From Cycas panzhihuaensis (Eukaryota; Plantae; Cycadophyta), in contig CM041465.1 in the NCBI GenBank assembly GCA_023213395.1, positions 214,279,741-214,343,740 of the forward strand: 64,000 bases of DNA. Reading direction: 5' to 3'. Below the pieces are notes generated by a model. That model had not been told where the DNA came from and searched no databases. It saw only the letters and a list, made by a program, of their open reading frames with translations. Shown here piece after piece: positions 25,401-39,722 of the stretch (positions are counted from its first letter, which is position 1; every line of letters starts with the position of its first letter). The position numbers were made by a program, and so were the translations under genes.

Positions 25401-28400
25401 TCCTAGAAGGGGTATGCATCAAGATCCACCTAAATATTAAGCTCCTCACTAAAGGAGATAAGGAGCAAACCAACAAAATGTCAATCCTCCTATGTAACAA
25501 AATCAAGAGAAACAACCTGATGTATATTCATGTTGCCCAAATTGCCAAGGAAATGTTTAAGCTACAAGGTCAAATCTAGATTATTACAACAATAGACAAG
25601 GGGACAATCAAGTCCCTCATTATGAGGAAAGGGAAGATCATCCCACATTGAAAGAACCCATCCACGTAGTCAAAGTCTAATCTATGGGAGAAGAAAGACA
25701 CTATATTGCACCTATTATCATCATAGAAGTCATATGAAAGACAAATATTTTTTAAAACATAGACCACCAACAAAATATAGTGCAAATACCATAATTCAAC
25801 AAGGAATAATGACAAACTTTTCCTATCCAATTTTAATACCAAAGAAGAAGAAGATAATAACTAGTATATTGATTCGAGCCACTCCAATCATATGACTCAT
25901 AAGGAGTATTTATTATGTATATATTAGATAAAAGTAAAAGAGATTCAATAATGCTTGATGATGACGCATCCCATGAATCAGTTGGTAGAGGTAACATAGC
26001 TCTCATGATAGATATGGGAGAGTATAGACACCTTGATGATGCATTATATGTTCCTACCTTAAAGAAAAATCTATTATTAGTAGGGAAGATGATGGATTAG
26101 GATTATAAGGTTATTTTTTATAATGGAAAATTCATAATTAAAGATAAAAAGAAAAATAAGGCAATTGTTGCAAAGGGAAAATGACAAAAGATAGACTTTT
26201 CAAACTTTTCCTTACTCCATCAGATACTCATGCCTTAAGAGCCATAGTTAAGTTGGATTGTGACTTATAGCATAGGAGATTTAGACACCTCAACTATAGA
26301 AATTTGGCCTTAATAATAAAAATGGACATGGTTAATAGGTTTCCTAATATTGAAGTAAACAAAACCATATATGAGGGATGCTTACTTGGCAAGTAACACA
26401 GGGAGAGTTTTCTAGATTATAGCTATCGGGAAACTAGACCACTTCAACTAGTCTATATAGATATCTATGGTCCTACAGATGTCCTCTCATTGATATATAC
26501 ATGCTATTTCATCATATTTATTGATGACTATATAAGGAAGACTTAGGTATTCTTCATTAAGTTCAAATTGGATCCCTTCCAACACTTTGTTGACTTCAAA
26601 ACCTTTGTGGAGTGATAAAGTTAATACAAACTTCTCTCACTAAGATTTGATAATGGGAGAGAATTCATCTCTAATGAATTTAAGGCATACTATATATATC
26701 ATGGGATAAGAAGGCAGCTCACAAATCCCTACACCCCACAATAAAATGATGTAATCGAAAGATAAAAACTTAGGCCATGATTTTTGGGTGGAAGTAGTCC
26801 ATACATCCATTTATCTCCTCAATAGATGCTCCACCAAAGCCCTAAAGTGGAAGACACTTGAAGAAGCTTAGACATGCTACAAACCAAACATACATCATTT
26901 AAGAATTTTTGGGTGCTTAGCCTATGTACATGTACCTAACCAAAGAAGATATAAATTGGATGGGCATAGCATCAAGTGTATATTTCTTGGCTATAGTAAA
27001 ATGTCTAAATCATACAAAGTCTATGATCTTAAGTCAAAGAAGGTTATGATGAGTAGAGATGTAAAGTTTTAAGAGGATGCTTACTATCATGATAGTCAAG
27101 AAAAGAGAAAAGAAGTAATGATCAATTTTGACACCTCCACCAAGTCAAAATATGTTCCTCTTATGTTTGACTCTAGATGAGTCATTAATGAACCAAGTGG
27201 GGAGCGAACCTCTTCTCAACCTCCACCACAAGTCTTCCAAAATGGGTTCAAAGGAATCATGATATGGGCAATATTTTAAATAGTAATCAAAGATCCACTT
27301 ACTTACATAGGGTAAACTTTACCCTTATGAGCAAAGTTTTGGAGTCCCATGAGCCTCAAACCTTTGATGAGGCCAATACATATGCTTCTTAGAGAAAGGT
27401 AATGGAAGACAAATATCACTCCATTGTTAAGAATGATACTTGGGAATTTGTTGACTTACCTCCTAATAAAAGAGCAATTAGTACTAAGTGGATCTATAAA
27501 ACCAAGTTCTGCTCTAATGGATCAATTGATAAATATAAAGCTAGATTAGTCGCCAAAGGTTATACCCAAAGAGAAGGTATTGATTACAATGAAATATTTA
27601 CTTCTGTTACTTGAATGGAAATAGTTCATATAATGATGAGTTTGGTATCTCAAATAGGATTGAAAGTTTATCAAATGGATGTCAAAAGTGCTTTCCTTAA
27701 TGGCTACATTGAAGAGGATATCTATGTCTCTTAACCCCTCAATTTTGAAGTCGAGAGGGAAGAAGACAAAGTGTACAAATTAAAAAGGCATTTATGATTT
27801 GAAATAAGCACCTAGGTCTTGGTATTCCTGACTTGACAAATATTTTATAGAGATCAAGGCTTTGAAAGGTCTCAATCAGATTCAGATCTCTACATCAAAA
27901 TTAAGGGAGAATCTATCATAATTATGGGGCTCTACATAGATGATCTTGTCTACATTGGAAATGACTCCCATCTTTTGCAAAACTTTAGGGAAGCCATATG
28001 TAAGGAATTTGAAATGATAAATTTTGGATTAATGCATTACTTCTTAGGCTTGGAGGTATGGCAAGATAAAAATAGTATCTTCATCTTGCAAAGGAAATAT
28101 ACCCTAGATCTACTAGAAAAGTTTAGGATGACCAAGTATAAACCATTAGCAACTCCAGTAGAAATAGGAATCAAGCTATCCAAAATGGATGATTCTACAC
28201 CTATTGATCCTACACTCTATAGACAATTAATTGGCAGTTTTATCTACTTGGCATCCACTTGACCAAACATAATGTATTTAGGCAACATTATATCTAGATT
28301 CATGTAAGACCCAAAGACTACTCATTGGTAAGCAACCAAAAGAATTCTACATTATCTTAAAAGTGCTTCAAAATATGGTCTATATTATAAAGCTTCATCA

Positions 28401-29252
28401 AATTTCTAATTGACAGGCTACACAGATTCAAATTAGGTAGGTGATATCAACAATAGAAAATTAACTTTAGGTTACATTTTTAGTATAGGTTTGGTAGCTA
28501 TAGCTTACAGCACTAAGAACAAAATACAACCTCTCTATCTATAGCCAAAGCAGAATATAAAGTAGTAGTCACTAGTGCATGTAAAATAATTTGGTTGAGA
28601 AGACTATTACAAGACTTTCAGCCAAAACAGAAAGGGCCTACAAGAATTTAGTGTGATAATTAGAGTACAATATAAATGATAAAGAACCCAGTATTTCATG
28701 ACAGAATGAAGCATATTGAGATGTAAAATCATTTTATTCGAGAGCTAGTATAAGCATGAGAAATTAAATTAGCATATTATAGCACCGAAGATTAAGCAAC
28801 AAACATCTTTACAAAAGCTTTGGGTAAGATCAAATTTTAGAAATTTAGAGACAAGTTAGGAGTTCTATATATTAGCCATTATGGAGGAGAATATTATGAT
28901 AATTCCTGATTTGTAAGTGTATGTGAGCACTTTGGGTCTCTCAATGCCACCTTAAGCCTCCTAAAGTCACCTTAGGCCACCCAGTATCACCAAATAATTG
29001 CTTGCAGTCGACAAGGAGATGTCACAACCATCTCATACAAGATATTTAATTATTTGCTTAATATTTTAATAATTTTTTAAAATTTTAATATTAGTCAGGT
29101 TGAGGCACTTGTTGCCTCCCCAAAATTATCTATTTATAGGTGGAGAATACCTCCCTGGTGTTTTTTAACACTATCATTTTACATTCAAAGATTATTATTT
29201 TCACTTCAAAGATGATGTCCTTTTACTTATAAGCCTTCCACTCAGCACCTCA
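22444..29252 (+). mobile_element. Second, older Ty1/copia element (leader, gag-pol, 3' LTR); 5' part probably continues at ~12780-13150, 5' LTR not found
   Basis: Leader block 24070-24600 is an inverted homologue of 17790-18330. gag-pol is colinear with 13490-17693. PPT ggaggagaa at 28883-28891. LTR ~28892-29252. Confidence 0.88.
24700..28891 (+). pseudogene. Degenerate copia gag-pol
   Basis: gag 'MIIPKFDNNNFLN*'. Protease-region ORF 25915-26100 'ALYVPTLKKNLLLVGKM'. RT ORFs 27402-27614 'KYKARLVAKGYTQREGIDY' and 27924-28262 'LYIDDL'. Many TGG>TAG and CAA>TAA stops. Confidence 0.95.
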
Positions 29253-29570
29253 AAGCCAATATTCTTTTTATTAGGAGTCTTTACTTACTTAGTCTTCCTC
29301 ATAGCGGAGAAATCTTAGTGATTAGTTACTTTAGTTTTATTGATTTTCTATTTATTCTTTTATGTTCATTGACTTAGCATGTAAATAATAGTTATGTATA
29401 TTTCCTTACTTAGCACATATTTAGGAGAAAATCTCTCTTCCTTTTGGAAGGGGGTTGAGGATCTATCGAGACCCCTTATCATAATTATCCTTTCATGAAG
29501 GCCAATATTTATTCTTGTTTAAGGTTACTTAAGTAACTATCCTTAATCAATATTATTTTGACAACCATAT
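29253..29570 (+). repeat. LTR-like repeat fragment, also at ~44837-45510 and (start only) ~54845-54902
   Basis: tttattcttttatgttcattgacttagcatgtaaaataatagttatgtatatttcc (29350-29405) aligns with 45298-45355. Confidence 0.7.
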
Positions 29571-32500
29571 TGGGGAATTACCAAAAATTTCTAGTTACTT
29601 ATTCAACCTTTTATATCATTAAATCTTTTCATTAGACATTCACTTATCTAGTTTGCTCCACTTAATTTCTTCATGTTAATCAAACTACCTTTACTTGTTC
29701 TAATTTATTCCTTTATTCTATTTGAGTCATATTCACTCGCTTCATTTGACCTTTTCCCCATATCCTTCATGGATTCTTTTCATATCCCTCCTAAGTAATC
29801 TATGAGAATTTAGGGTCTTCCCCTTGAAGACTCCTCCTTGCCTTCTCAAGTAGCTACCTTTTCCCTTTATAAAGAATATGAGACATCTAACACTAAGCCT
29901 ACTAATACTCCATATGAATTTCATAACACCATTTGGAACCCATTTGGGTCCTCAATAGGTCCTATTACTTATGTGTTCCTTGGTGGGGGATATGATGACT
30001 TGATTAAACTTAAAGTCTTAGCTAAGAAATCTATATCTTAGCATCCTTTTATCAATTATTGAGATCTTACTTCCCTTATAGATTATAGGGAGTCTATATT
30101 TATCCCTTCTTGTTCTCTTATATATCCCTATGAGAAATTACCTCATTTGATTTATTTGACTGATAATTGCATACACATCCTTACATAGGAATTTTGGGAA
30201 TGTATACCTCCTGTTGGTACTTTATCTTTCAACCTTAATCCTAGAGATTATGCCTAGACTTATCATACTGAGTTACCTATTGTTTAATAGCCTTTAACCC
30301 TACTTAAGATCACTTAGTTAATTCCTTAATGGGGACTTATATCTACCTTTCCCTATTCCAAACAGGTTACCTTCTCCTCATATACCCATACTCCCCCACT
30401 ACTAGTTCATATTGGGTATTAATTAGGGCTAGTCACCCTTCTTAAAGTAACTTATTCCTTTGGATGCAATAGACTTAAGGTCCTTTCATGCAAACTCCCT
30501 CTGAACTTGGAAAATTATGATAGAATGCAATATGGGTAGGAGATTAAAACCCTATAGAAAATGGTTTAAGACTTACGTTTAGAGTTCATAAGCTAAGCTA
30601 CTCATCTCCTTAAGAAGAGTTCATTAGCACTGAGGCTATATATATGAACTTATCCTCCAATTACAAGTAAGAACGTTTAAATAAATGAGCCCTAACCTTC
30701 AGATGAAGGTAGCTAAGCTAAATAAATGATTGTTAAAACTTGAAATAAGATAAATAACTAATTAAATCTTTTACTGTCTTAATTCATAACATAAGTTGAG
30801 AACTCATTTATATTATAACTATGAAATTACACAAGAAAATTATTGAAAAGTAGAAGAACTTACCAATAGAATTCCAACATGAAAAAGAAAATAGAGGAGG
30901 TGCCTTAGATCAATGTTATAGTAACTCTAAAATGCTCTAAACCAAGTTCTAACAAGCAAAAGTTATGCTGATATCTCTTGAGAATAAAAGGATAACTAAT
31001 ATGAAGAAATATTACATATAAAAGTGAGAGAAGTAAGAGGGAAAAGAGGCCAAAGGAAAAAAATGCTCTATACTTAAGTGTGTGCAATCCTAAGTCATAA
31101 AAATATTCAGGCAATGGTCTAGCCCATACTCCAACAAGTCACTCCAAGGATGAAAAAAGGTCATAAGATATTGAGGCAAAAATTTAGTAACACTTCATTA
31201 CAAAAAACTTAATCTCCCTTTTACTTAATAAATTGAAGGGTATTTATAGGGAAAATAAAAGGGAAAGTTTGTAAAAGTCCTATGGGAGGTCATTTCACAC
31301 TTTCTTCAATAAATAGAGTCTCTTGAGTGGGAGATAATTGATTTATTTTTTTCAATTTTTTTTGCACACAAATAGTGAAAACTATGACAAATCTTAAAAA
31401 CTTTAGTCAATTTATAACTAAATTATGTTTCACCATAGAAACCATAGTCTATTTCATAAACTATAATCCACTTCATAAATTGTAGTATTTATCTTTAATC
31501 ATGGTTTATTAAGAAGACTATAGTTTTGGGTAACTTAAAAATTATGGTCAATAGTTTAAACTATGGTTAATGAAATTCTTCAGAGTAAGAGAAAAAGATA
31601 AAATTGTAAAAAAATTGAGCTAGTTTGTCATCTAATAGCATTAGAGAATGCTAATAAGGGGTTAAATAAGGTAAAATCATTAGTAAGAGGTTTGAAAAAA
31701 AGTAACTAACTAGAAAATCAAATGCTTATAAGGTCATAAACCAAGAAGGAAAAGAACTAGAGTACTGTACTTGAGCAAGCTTAGAGGTGTCATAAAAGTG
31801 CATATGTTATGATTTATACATTATAAGAAATTATTGAAATAAACACAAATACAATCACATTAGATAATAATCCACTCAACATGTTAACCAACAATTTAAT
31901 CAATCTAAATACCTAAAAAAAATCTAATAGCAAATGAAGAAAGGCATCAAACCTAGCTTTGTCAAAAGGGTTGAAGTTGATTGAAATAAATTGTTTAGTT
32001 TGCCTATGTATATTATATCTCTCTTAATAACCATATCTCTAATAATATCTCTCATATATTTCAGAGCTACAGTAAAGTTGAGTCAACACACAAAATAGGC
32101 ATTTATATTTCCATCATGATGTCACTCTCTTTTATCACTTTTCACTTATATATATATTTTTTTTGCATTCTTTTCACTTTGATTATAAATGCAATTATTG
32201 ATTCTACCTAGCCCATTACATAAATCTCTTCAAGTAGATATGAGTCAAGTACTGATAGGTAGAAAAATAATCCTACATAAGGAAGTTATGTGTCTTTCAT
32301 AATTCTGCCTCCTTTCATATCCTAATTTCTCAAAAAATATTACATTTCTCTTAAAAATTAACTTCTATATCAATTTATATAATCTATTATCTAAATTATC
32401 TCATTATAAATATCTTTTCCTTAGGTGCATTTCATGTTAAGTCTTCTTTAGATTATAAATCCTAGGATTCCCCTCATTTTTTATTTGTTTTCACTAAAAT

Positions 32501-33869
32501 AAGGCATAATTTATTTGATTCTTGATTTGATTTCATTCTTACCTAGAGGATTTTTCCATATGATAGCCAATATCATCATGTTTATGGAGTTTTCTAAATC
32601 ATTTAGTTTATGTATTTGTATATATTTTTATTGTACTATTGATTTCTACCATATGTATTTTGTTCTATGTAATTTAAATTATATACCATATTTATCTTCA
32701 TAATGAAAATAATATCATACTATATTGATTTTCATAATAAAAGTGGTATCTCATATTTTGTATTACTTATCTATTACTCATCTGCCATTGTGTTATTGTA
32801 AACTTTCTACTATGTTTTTTTAGCATGTTATGTTTAGGTAGAATTTCTTTTAATGGTATGCAATTTTATTTCTTTATTTATTTGATTTTATTATTTTTTT
32901 ACTCATAATTACTAGATTTTTAAAATTTCATTACCTTTCATTCTTATTGAATTTCTTTTATCATTGATTTTCTCTCTCAGTTGTTTGGTTTTCTTCTTTT
33001 ATTAATCATCACTTTAGAAGAATTCTCATGGTGACCCATTCTTATTACTTATATCTTTCTTTATCTTTGATGAGGTCCTCTTTGATTCTTTCTTAAATAG
33101 AATTTTGGTTAAGATTTATATTTTCTCTGACACATAATAAGTGTCTTGGTAGTTTTTCTTTGGTATTATTTTGCAAGAAGAAGAAGATTGGATAAGGAGA
33201 AAGTACATGCTCACCCATTATCAAATAAAAGAGTCTCTCAAGAAGAACCTTTATTTTTTGCTTGTTTTATTTTATATATTTCATTTGATTGATGGTTAAA
33301 AGGAAATAATAGAAAGAATTTAATTAATATATTTTGAGAGAATCTACAAAATAAATTAATGTAGTAAAAGAACTTAAAAACCCTCATGAAAGATACTTTC
33401 TTTAATCTCTATAAATCACCTCACACTATTATATTTTAATATAACTTGAAACCATACTTAAATAAATATTCTTTTATTTCTTATAATGATAGTGTTTATT
33501 ATGTAGTGAGTTTTACTCATTTCTTCTAAGGTTTTGTCTTAGCACTAGGTATTTCCTCATATTAAAAGAGTAAGGCTCATACCAAAGTAAACACCTACCA
33601 ATTCCTAGTATACACATTACTTTGGACACCAAAGTATATAATATTCATTTTATATTGAAATAGATGTTAATGTTTCTAGTTTTTATAATATTTATTATTT
33701 ACTAAAGAAATAGTAAGTGGTGCAAGATTATCATTTGTGGGATAGAGTGTTGTATCACTTAGTAGCATTATTTGTACTAGATAGAGGTATAAAGTAAAAG
33801 CTAATAAGGGAAGCTTACTTTTCCAAAGTGATTAGGAATTTTAATGTAAGAAAAATTATGCATGATTTA

Positions 33870-34138
33870 TACTAGTATTTTTATTGGTAAAAAATAGAGA
33901 AAAATATTATTGGTCACATTAATTCATGGATTATGTGTTGCATTACAAAGCTAAGAAAATGAAATTAGGACTCTACTAGCCATTGTTAGTTCTAATAAGG
34001 CTTTTAGAATCTATTTCAATGGGCTTCTTACAAGGACTACCATGTACTAAGAAAAATAATGATTATATTATGGTTATGGATAAAACTTCTAAGATAACAC
34101 TTTTAATACTATATTAAAAGAGTATTATAACCATAGAG
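33870..34138 (+). pseudogene. Ty3/gypsy integrase fragment (duplicated at ~50010-50248)
   Basis: Degenerate GLYQPL...ESISM.F..GLP.TK..HDYIMVVVD..SKMA motif, clearer in copy 2 (50075-50225). Confidence 0.75.
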
Positions 34139-34891
34139 GTGTTAGCCATTAAAAGGGTCATGGTTAATACATTAATAAAAGGGTTATTAATCATATATTA
34201 AAAGTGATCATTGATACTTATATTAATATAGAGACTAATTAAGTTATAAAAATTCGTTAATGTAAGGATTAGTTGAGAATTACTTGGGTAGTTAAACCAC
34301 CTAACTTGATGTATAAATAGGTTACATGAGAGAGATATTTATGAAGATTGCTATATAGGACTTATTGTGAAAAGGTTGATGTATTAACTCAAGGCTAGTA
34401 GCCTTCACTACCTAACTAACCATGTAATCCTCCTTATTAGTGAATGATATTATTATTGCTCATACTTATGTTCCCTTCTCTCTCTAACTTCTTTTCTCTT
34501 ATGACATTTTCTCTTATTAACATCTTGATTATGAATACCATCTTAGTTAATTCTATGATAATGGATTCTGTCTTCAACTAGAATAACACATTGGAAAATT
34601 AAGTCTTGATGTCCTAGATTCACCAATAATTAGCACAATTACCAATATAAGAATTTGAAGTGTCTTTACTTACCTTATAGTTGACTAGGTGATAATGCTA
34701 GGTTTATAAGCATATAAATGAAGACATATTTAAGTATTGAATAAAGCCTAATTAATGATCAAGACTTTACCTACCATTAAAGGAATAATGAAGATGATGC
34801 TAGATAATTTATTGGTACTTAGACTTGAAGATATAAATATGACACATGATAAGCAGTATATGATGACCATGTTAATTTAGACAAAAAAAAC

Positions 34892-37703
34892 TGAAGGATT
34901 ATACAATGATGGAGACAGGGAAGAGCATAATCACATAGTCAAACCATTGTTACATAAACACATAAATCTTTTGTATTCAATCCATGATGAGTGAGTACAC
35001 AGTAAATCTCTAAATATAAGTGGTGTCCAAAGACACCAGGGTTACACACCCCTCCAAATATATAATTTGGGGGAGGAGGGAAACTCCTCAACCCCTAGAA
35101 TTCAAACAATAATAAAACATTACATAACTTAACTCAAATCAACTTAACCTTACCTTACACTTACCTTCACATATGAGCACCCACATATGTAAATTGGTGG
35201 GAGTGGGGTGTACACTCCTGTGTAAAAGGTGGGAGTGGGGTGATGATCATTAACCCCAAAATTCTCCTCCCTAATAGTCCTCACGAATAACTTTATCTTC
35301 TCTTTAAACTTGTGAAATTTGAACTTGAAAAAAACTTTAAAAATTTATCTTTTAGCTTGATCATTACTAACTCACTTTATCCTTTTAGCAAATATATGTC
35401 CCTTTACCATTGAGTGGTGCAAAAAATATCCAAGTAAATATAGTTTGAATTGAATGAAAGTGAATGGATACAATTCTAACTTTATCTTCTAGAACTTTGA
35501 CTTTGCCTTTTGAAATCTTTGTGTTGTGAGTGACTATCATATCATAAGATTTCTCTTCTATCATATCATAAGATTTCTGCCCTTCAAATGGAGGATCAAC
35601 TTCTTGTGTAATAAGATGATCATGCATTTGACTTGAATTATGTTCCTTAGTCTTTTCATCACAATCTACCTCTAGCACCTGTCTCACATGCTCAACAATA
35701 TCAATGCTAAATTCATTTACATTGAAGGTATCTCCCCCACAAGTAGAAACTAAGATGTCCCATATGGATCTGTAAATTGTCAGTTCATAAATTTTTGAGA
35801 AAACATTATCATATATAGTGCAAAATAGTAAAGCTAAGGCTTTATTATTATTTTTTAAAGTTTTCTTTAATATTAAGATCATGTTCATCTTATAAGTAAC
35901 TCCAAAATTTTTTTGTAATAAAATAATTTTGTATTGTTTTATGCTATTGTAAAAAATTATGGCCATCAAATATAGGGAATTGTATTTTATTAAGATTGAT
36001 TGCCATTTGGATAGAAAACTTTAGTACATAAAAAATGTGCTATTACCAAATGAGCTTCTTATATTTCTCAACAAAATGTGTGTCTTTAAAAGGAATCAAA
36101 GAACTCAATAAATCAATAAACTTATATAATTTCAAATAGACTCTTTGAAAAAACTATGTAAGTAATCATAATGCCTTTGAAAAATGAGAGATGCCTTAAG
36201 AAAAAACTTTTAAATATGATGAATATGAGAGCAAATTTTACATATGACTAAGATCTTTTAACTATGCAAATATGAAATAAGACTTTTAATGATAAAAAAA
36301 AAGAATTCTTAAGCTATTGATCATTCAAGTGAATAACAACAAATTTAAACAAGAAAAATGGCTTTCTTTTTCAATCCATGAAATCCTTTTGCCTTGATAA
36401 AGATATATAATGCTAAAAATCTGAAATATATATGTGTATATTTTCACTTTGAAAGATAAATAATATGATGAAGAAACTTTAAAAAAATGAATTGTACCCG
36501 TTTTGAGTTACAGGTCTAATTGGCTTGTCACTTACTTTATATATATTTAAGTAAATTTTGCTACAAATCAGCTTTAAGAAAAGCTATATGAAAGTCAAAT
36601 GGAAACCTCAAACATGTATTATAAGTGATCAATAAGAAATGAAACAAAGTACTCCTTAAAAAGGGTTTAAAGGATAAGCTTATTGGGATATCTTAAATGC
36701 TCAAGTTGAGTAGCTTCAAAGCTATACTAAATAATCTCAAAATAAGGTGAAATTAAATCAATTTAAAGATTAATAAAATATCTAGTCAATGGAACTAACC
36801 GTTTTGAGAACGGGTTCCTACAAGTCAAGATTTTAATGTACAAAAGATGCAATCCTCCTTTTGAGGCTTAATGGGAGCCTAGGGCTCAAAATATTATGAA
36901 ATGCTAGTAAGAAACTTATAAAATAATGTAAAATGATCAATTATAGTTTAGAGAGCTACTTAATATACTTTTTAGTTAAAAACTTTGAGAAATAATGTAT
37001 AAAAAATGTGTAATAATAATAAATTAGAGGATATTATGTACCTCAACTTTGGGGGCTTAGAGCACATACAAAATGGACTCAAAATGCAATAAAAATAACT
37101 TAAAACAATAGAAGAAACTATTGATAAACTTTATAGAAAATGAATATAACCAATATTTACTTGTTATGAGTAAATCTACTTTAGATGCTAATAAATCTTC
37201 TTTCTTCTCAAAAAAAACTTTAACAAGCCAACAACCTACGCTCTGATACTAGATGAAGGAGAAGATGTAGGCCCAAATGGGTCTGATACTAAATGAAAGA
37301 GAAGATATAGGCCCAACTGGATCTGATACTAGATGAAGGATTATATAATGATGGAGATAGTGGAGAGCATAATCACATAGTCAAATTATTGTTGCATAAA
37401 CACATAAATCTTTTGTATTCAATCCATGATGAGTGAGTACATAGCAAATCTCCAAATGTAGGTGGTGTCTAATGACACTAAGGTTGCACACCCCTCCAAA
37501 TATATAATTTGGAGGAGGAGGGAAACTCCTCAACCCCTAGAATTCAAACAATAATAAAATATTACATAACTTAACTCAAATCAACTTAACCTTACCTTAT
37601 ACTTACCTTCACATGTGAGTACCCACATGTGTAAATTGGTGGGAGTGGGGTGTGCACTTCTATGTAAAAGGTGGGAGTGGGGTGATGATCATTAACCCCA
37701 ACA
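34892..37703 (-). mobile_element. TR-GAG-like non-autonomous copia derivative #3 (related to #1)
   Basis: 370-bp LTRs at 34892-35261 and 37334-37703. Near-TSD AAAAC / GAAAC. PPT ttctcctcccta at 35262. PBS reiterated three times at 37240-37331. Empty site in duplicate copy at ~50990. Confidence 0.93.
35262..36006 (-). pseudogene. Truncated gag plus RNase H-like tail
   Basis: ORF 35385-35969 'NNKALALLFCTIYDNVFSKIYELTIYRSIWDILVST...LEDKVRIVSIHFHSIQTIFTWIFFAPL'. Confidence 0.85.
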
Positions 37704-38189
37704 GAAACTTACAAATAATAAAATATCTTAATACCTCATTAAATGGAATTTTTTATACTTAACTCAAAGTGGTTGCAATGGATCTCATTATTGAAGATTA
37801 TCTTATGGAATATGATCTGATCTCACCACTAAATAACAAGTCAACATTCAAGATGAAATGATGAGTATAAGTTGCTAAAGTATTAGAATTAAGTAGCAAA
37901 ATGTAGGTGATTAATTATCTAATATCATCTTAAGAAAATGATGTTTTGATTCATAGTCTAGTAATACCAAGTTTGTAAGATAAGGCATATAGTGCCAAGT
38001 CAAACTAAAGAAGATGAGAGCTAATGATATGATTTTAAAATAACATTAATGAATGAGAACATTATGATGGCAAATAGTTTGGATGGGAAATAATAGTGTG
38101 CACAATAATTTAAATGAGAATAAGGTGCAGAATAATCCTTCAAGTTTCAGGAAAATATCAATGGTTAAGAAAGATACAAGCTTCTAAAT

Positions 38190-39722
38190 TCCAAAGTATA
38201 TATATAAAGGTAAAGTAAATATTATGGTAAATGACTTATTTAAGAGGGACAAAGGAGAATTATAACTTGTTACTTTCCTAGTCTATTCCTTGTTGAACCA
38301 AATTTGAGTGGAGTATGCTAAGCTCCTAGAAATAATAGCTTTCATAAACATCTTATAGAATTCAATCACATCTATATCATAAGGTTACACATTCATGAAT
38401 GACTTACTTTGGCATATAGGTTGTATTTTCTTGGTACTTAACTCCTTCAAGTATCAGGTTCTCAAAGAAAATCACAATGACCTCACTATAAGATTAATAT
38501 TTTTCTCTAAGAATGTACTATAATAGTCATGAATTATTTTACCATAAGGAAGTGAAGGGAAATATCCAATGACATGTGATTGATTACATGGTACATCAAA
38601 TATAGGAAAGTGAAACAAGAGTGAGTTTAGAATTACTTCATCCACTAAATGTCCCATAATACAAAAGGGTAGAGTTAACTATAGATTCAATTATCAAACT
38701 ACCTATATTAAAAGGAAAGGATTACTTTCATCATGATTAATAAATTTTAAAAATATGCCTATTTTATAGGAATCCATAGTAAGTATAAGACTTTCTAGTA
38801 AGCAATAATTTTCCTCAAGGAAATATATTAGTTACATAATTTTACTAAAGTCATAATAAGTGAATATGACCTAAAATATACTAATAACATTTATAAGTAG
38901 TTTTTTTAAGAAGTTGAGACCACTCTTGGTATGAGCACTATATATCACCTATAAATGGGGTTCATTAATTAACATTTGGAAGGGTATACTTGAAACTTCA
39001 CATCATATTAATAGAAGTAATGGCATATATGGCTATGCCTAAACTGAAGGTGATACAACACTAATTATCACACAACCATTAAGAGGCCCTCCTTTGAGGA
39101 ATTATATGGGCATAAACCATCCAAAATATTATATAAGGATTCATTAGAAGGGAAGGTTATGGTAGTAAATTAATAACTACATGAAATAATGGATATTATA
39201 AAAATACAAAAAGGAAGGTTAGAAGAAGCTAGGAATACAATGAAAGCACAAGTTAATTAACATCATTTAGAAAGAGAATTCTAAGAAGATGGGTGGGTAT
39301 ACCATTAGCTCTAACCTTTCTATCAAAATTTCCATGAAATTAAGAATGGACAAAAGATAGACCTAAGTTTTTATGGTCCATTCAAGTGGTCCATAAGATA
39401 AGCAAGGTATCTTATGCCTTGGGTCTTCTCCCCTAAGTTTGAATTCATAATGCATTTTAATCTTATAGCTAAAGTAGTAAGTGGATAGTTAAACCAACCT
39501 AATCATATATTAGCCTTACTAAATGATGAAGGGGAATTAATTAGGGTACCAAAATAAATTCTATGATAATGGACTAAACAACTGCAAAATAGGAAGATCC
39601 ATAAATACTCGATCAAATACAAGGATATTCCAAAGGAGGTTTTACTTAGGAAAATTTAGAGATTCTTAAACAGTTCATATAATAGCTTCATGCATGTCAT
39701 AGTTTTTTAGGAAGGAGGGAAA
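38190..39722 (+). pseudogene. Degenerate chromovirus-type gypsy pol end (RNase H end, integrase, GPF motif, chromodomain) plus PPT; duplicated at ~51510-53260
   Basis: Recognisable decayed motifs: Y.KGK.N, MST.YHP (38930), FYGPF (39370), YLIK.KDIP.EDST*EN (39603; clearer at 53143). PPT ggaaggagggaaa at ~39710-39722. No RT seen. Confidence 0.75.
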
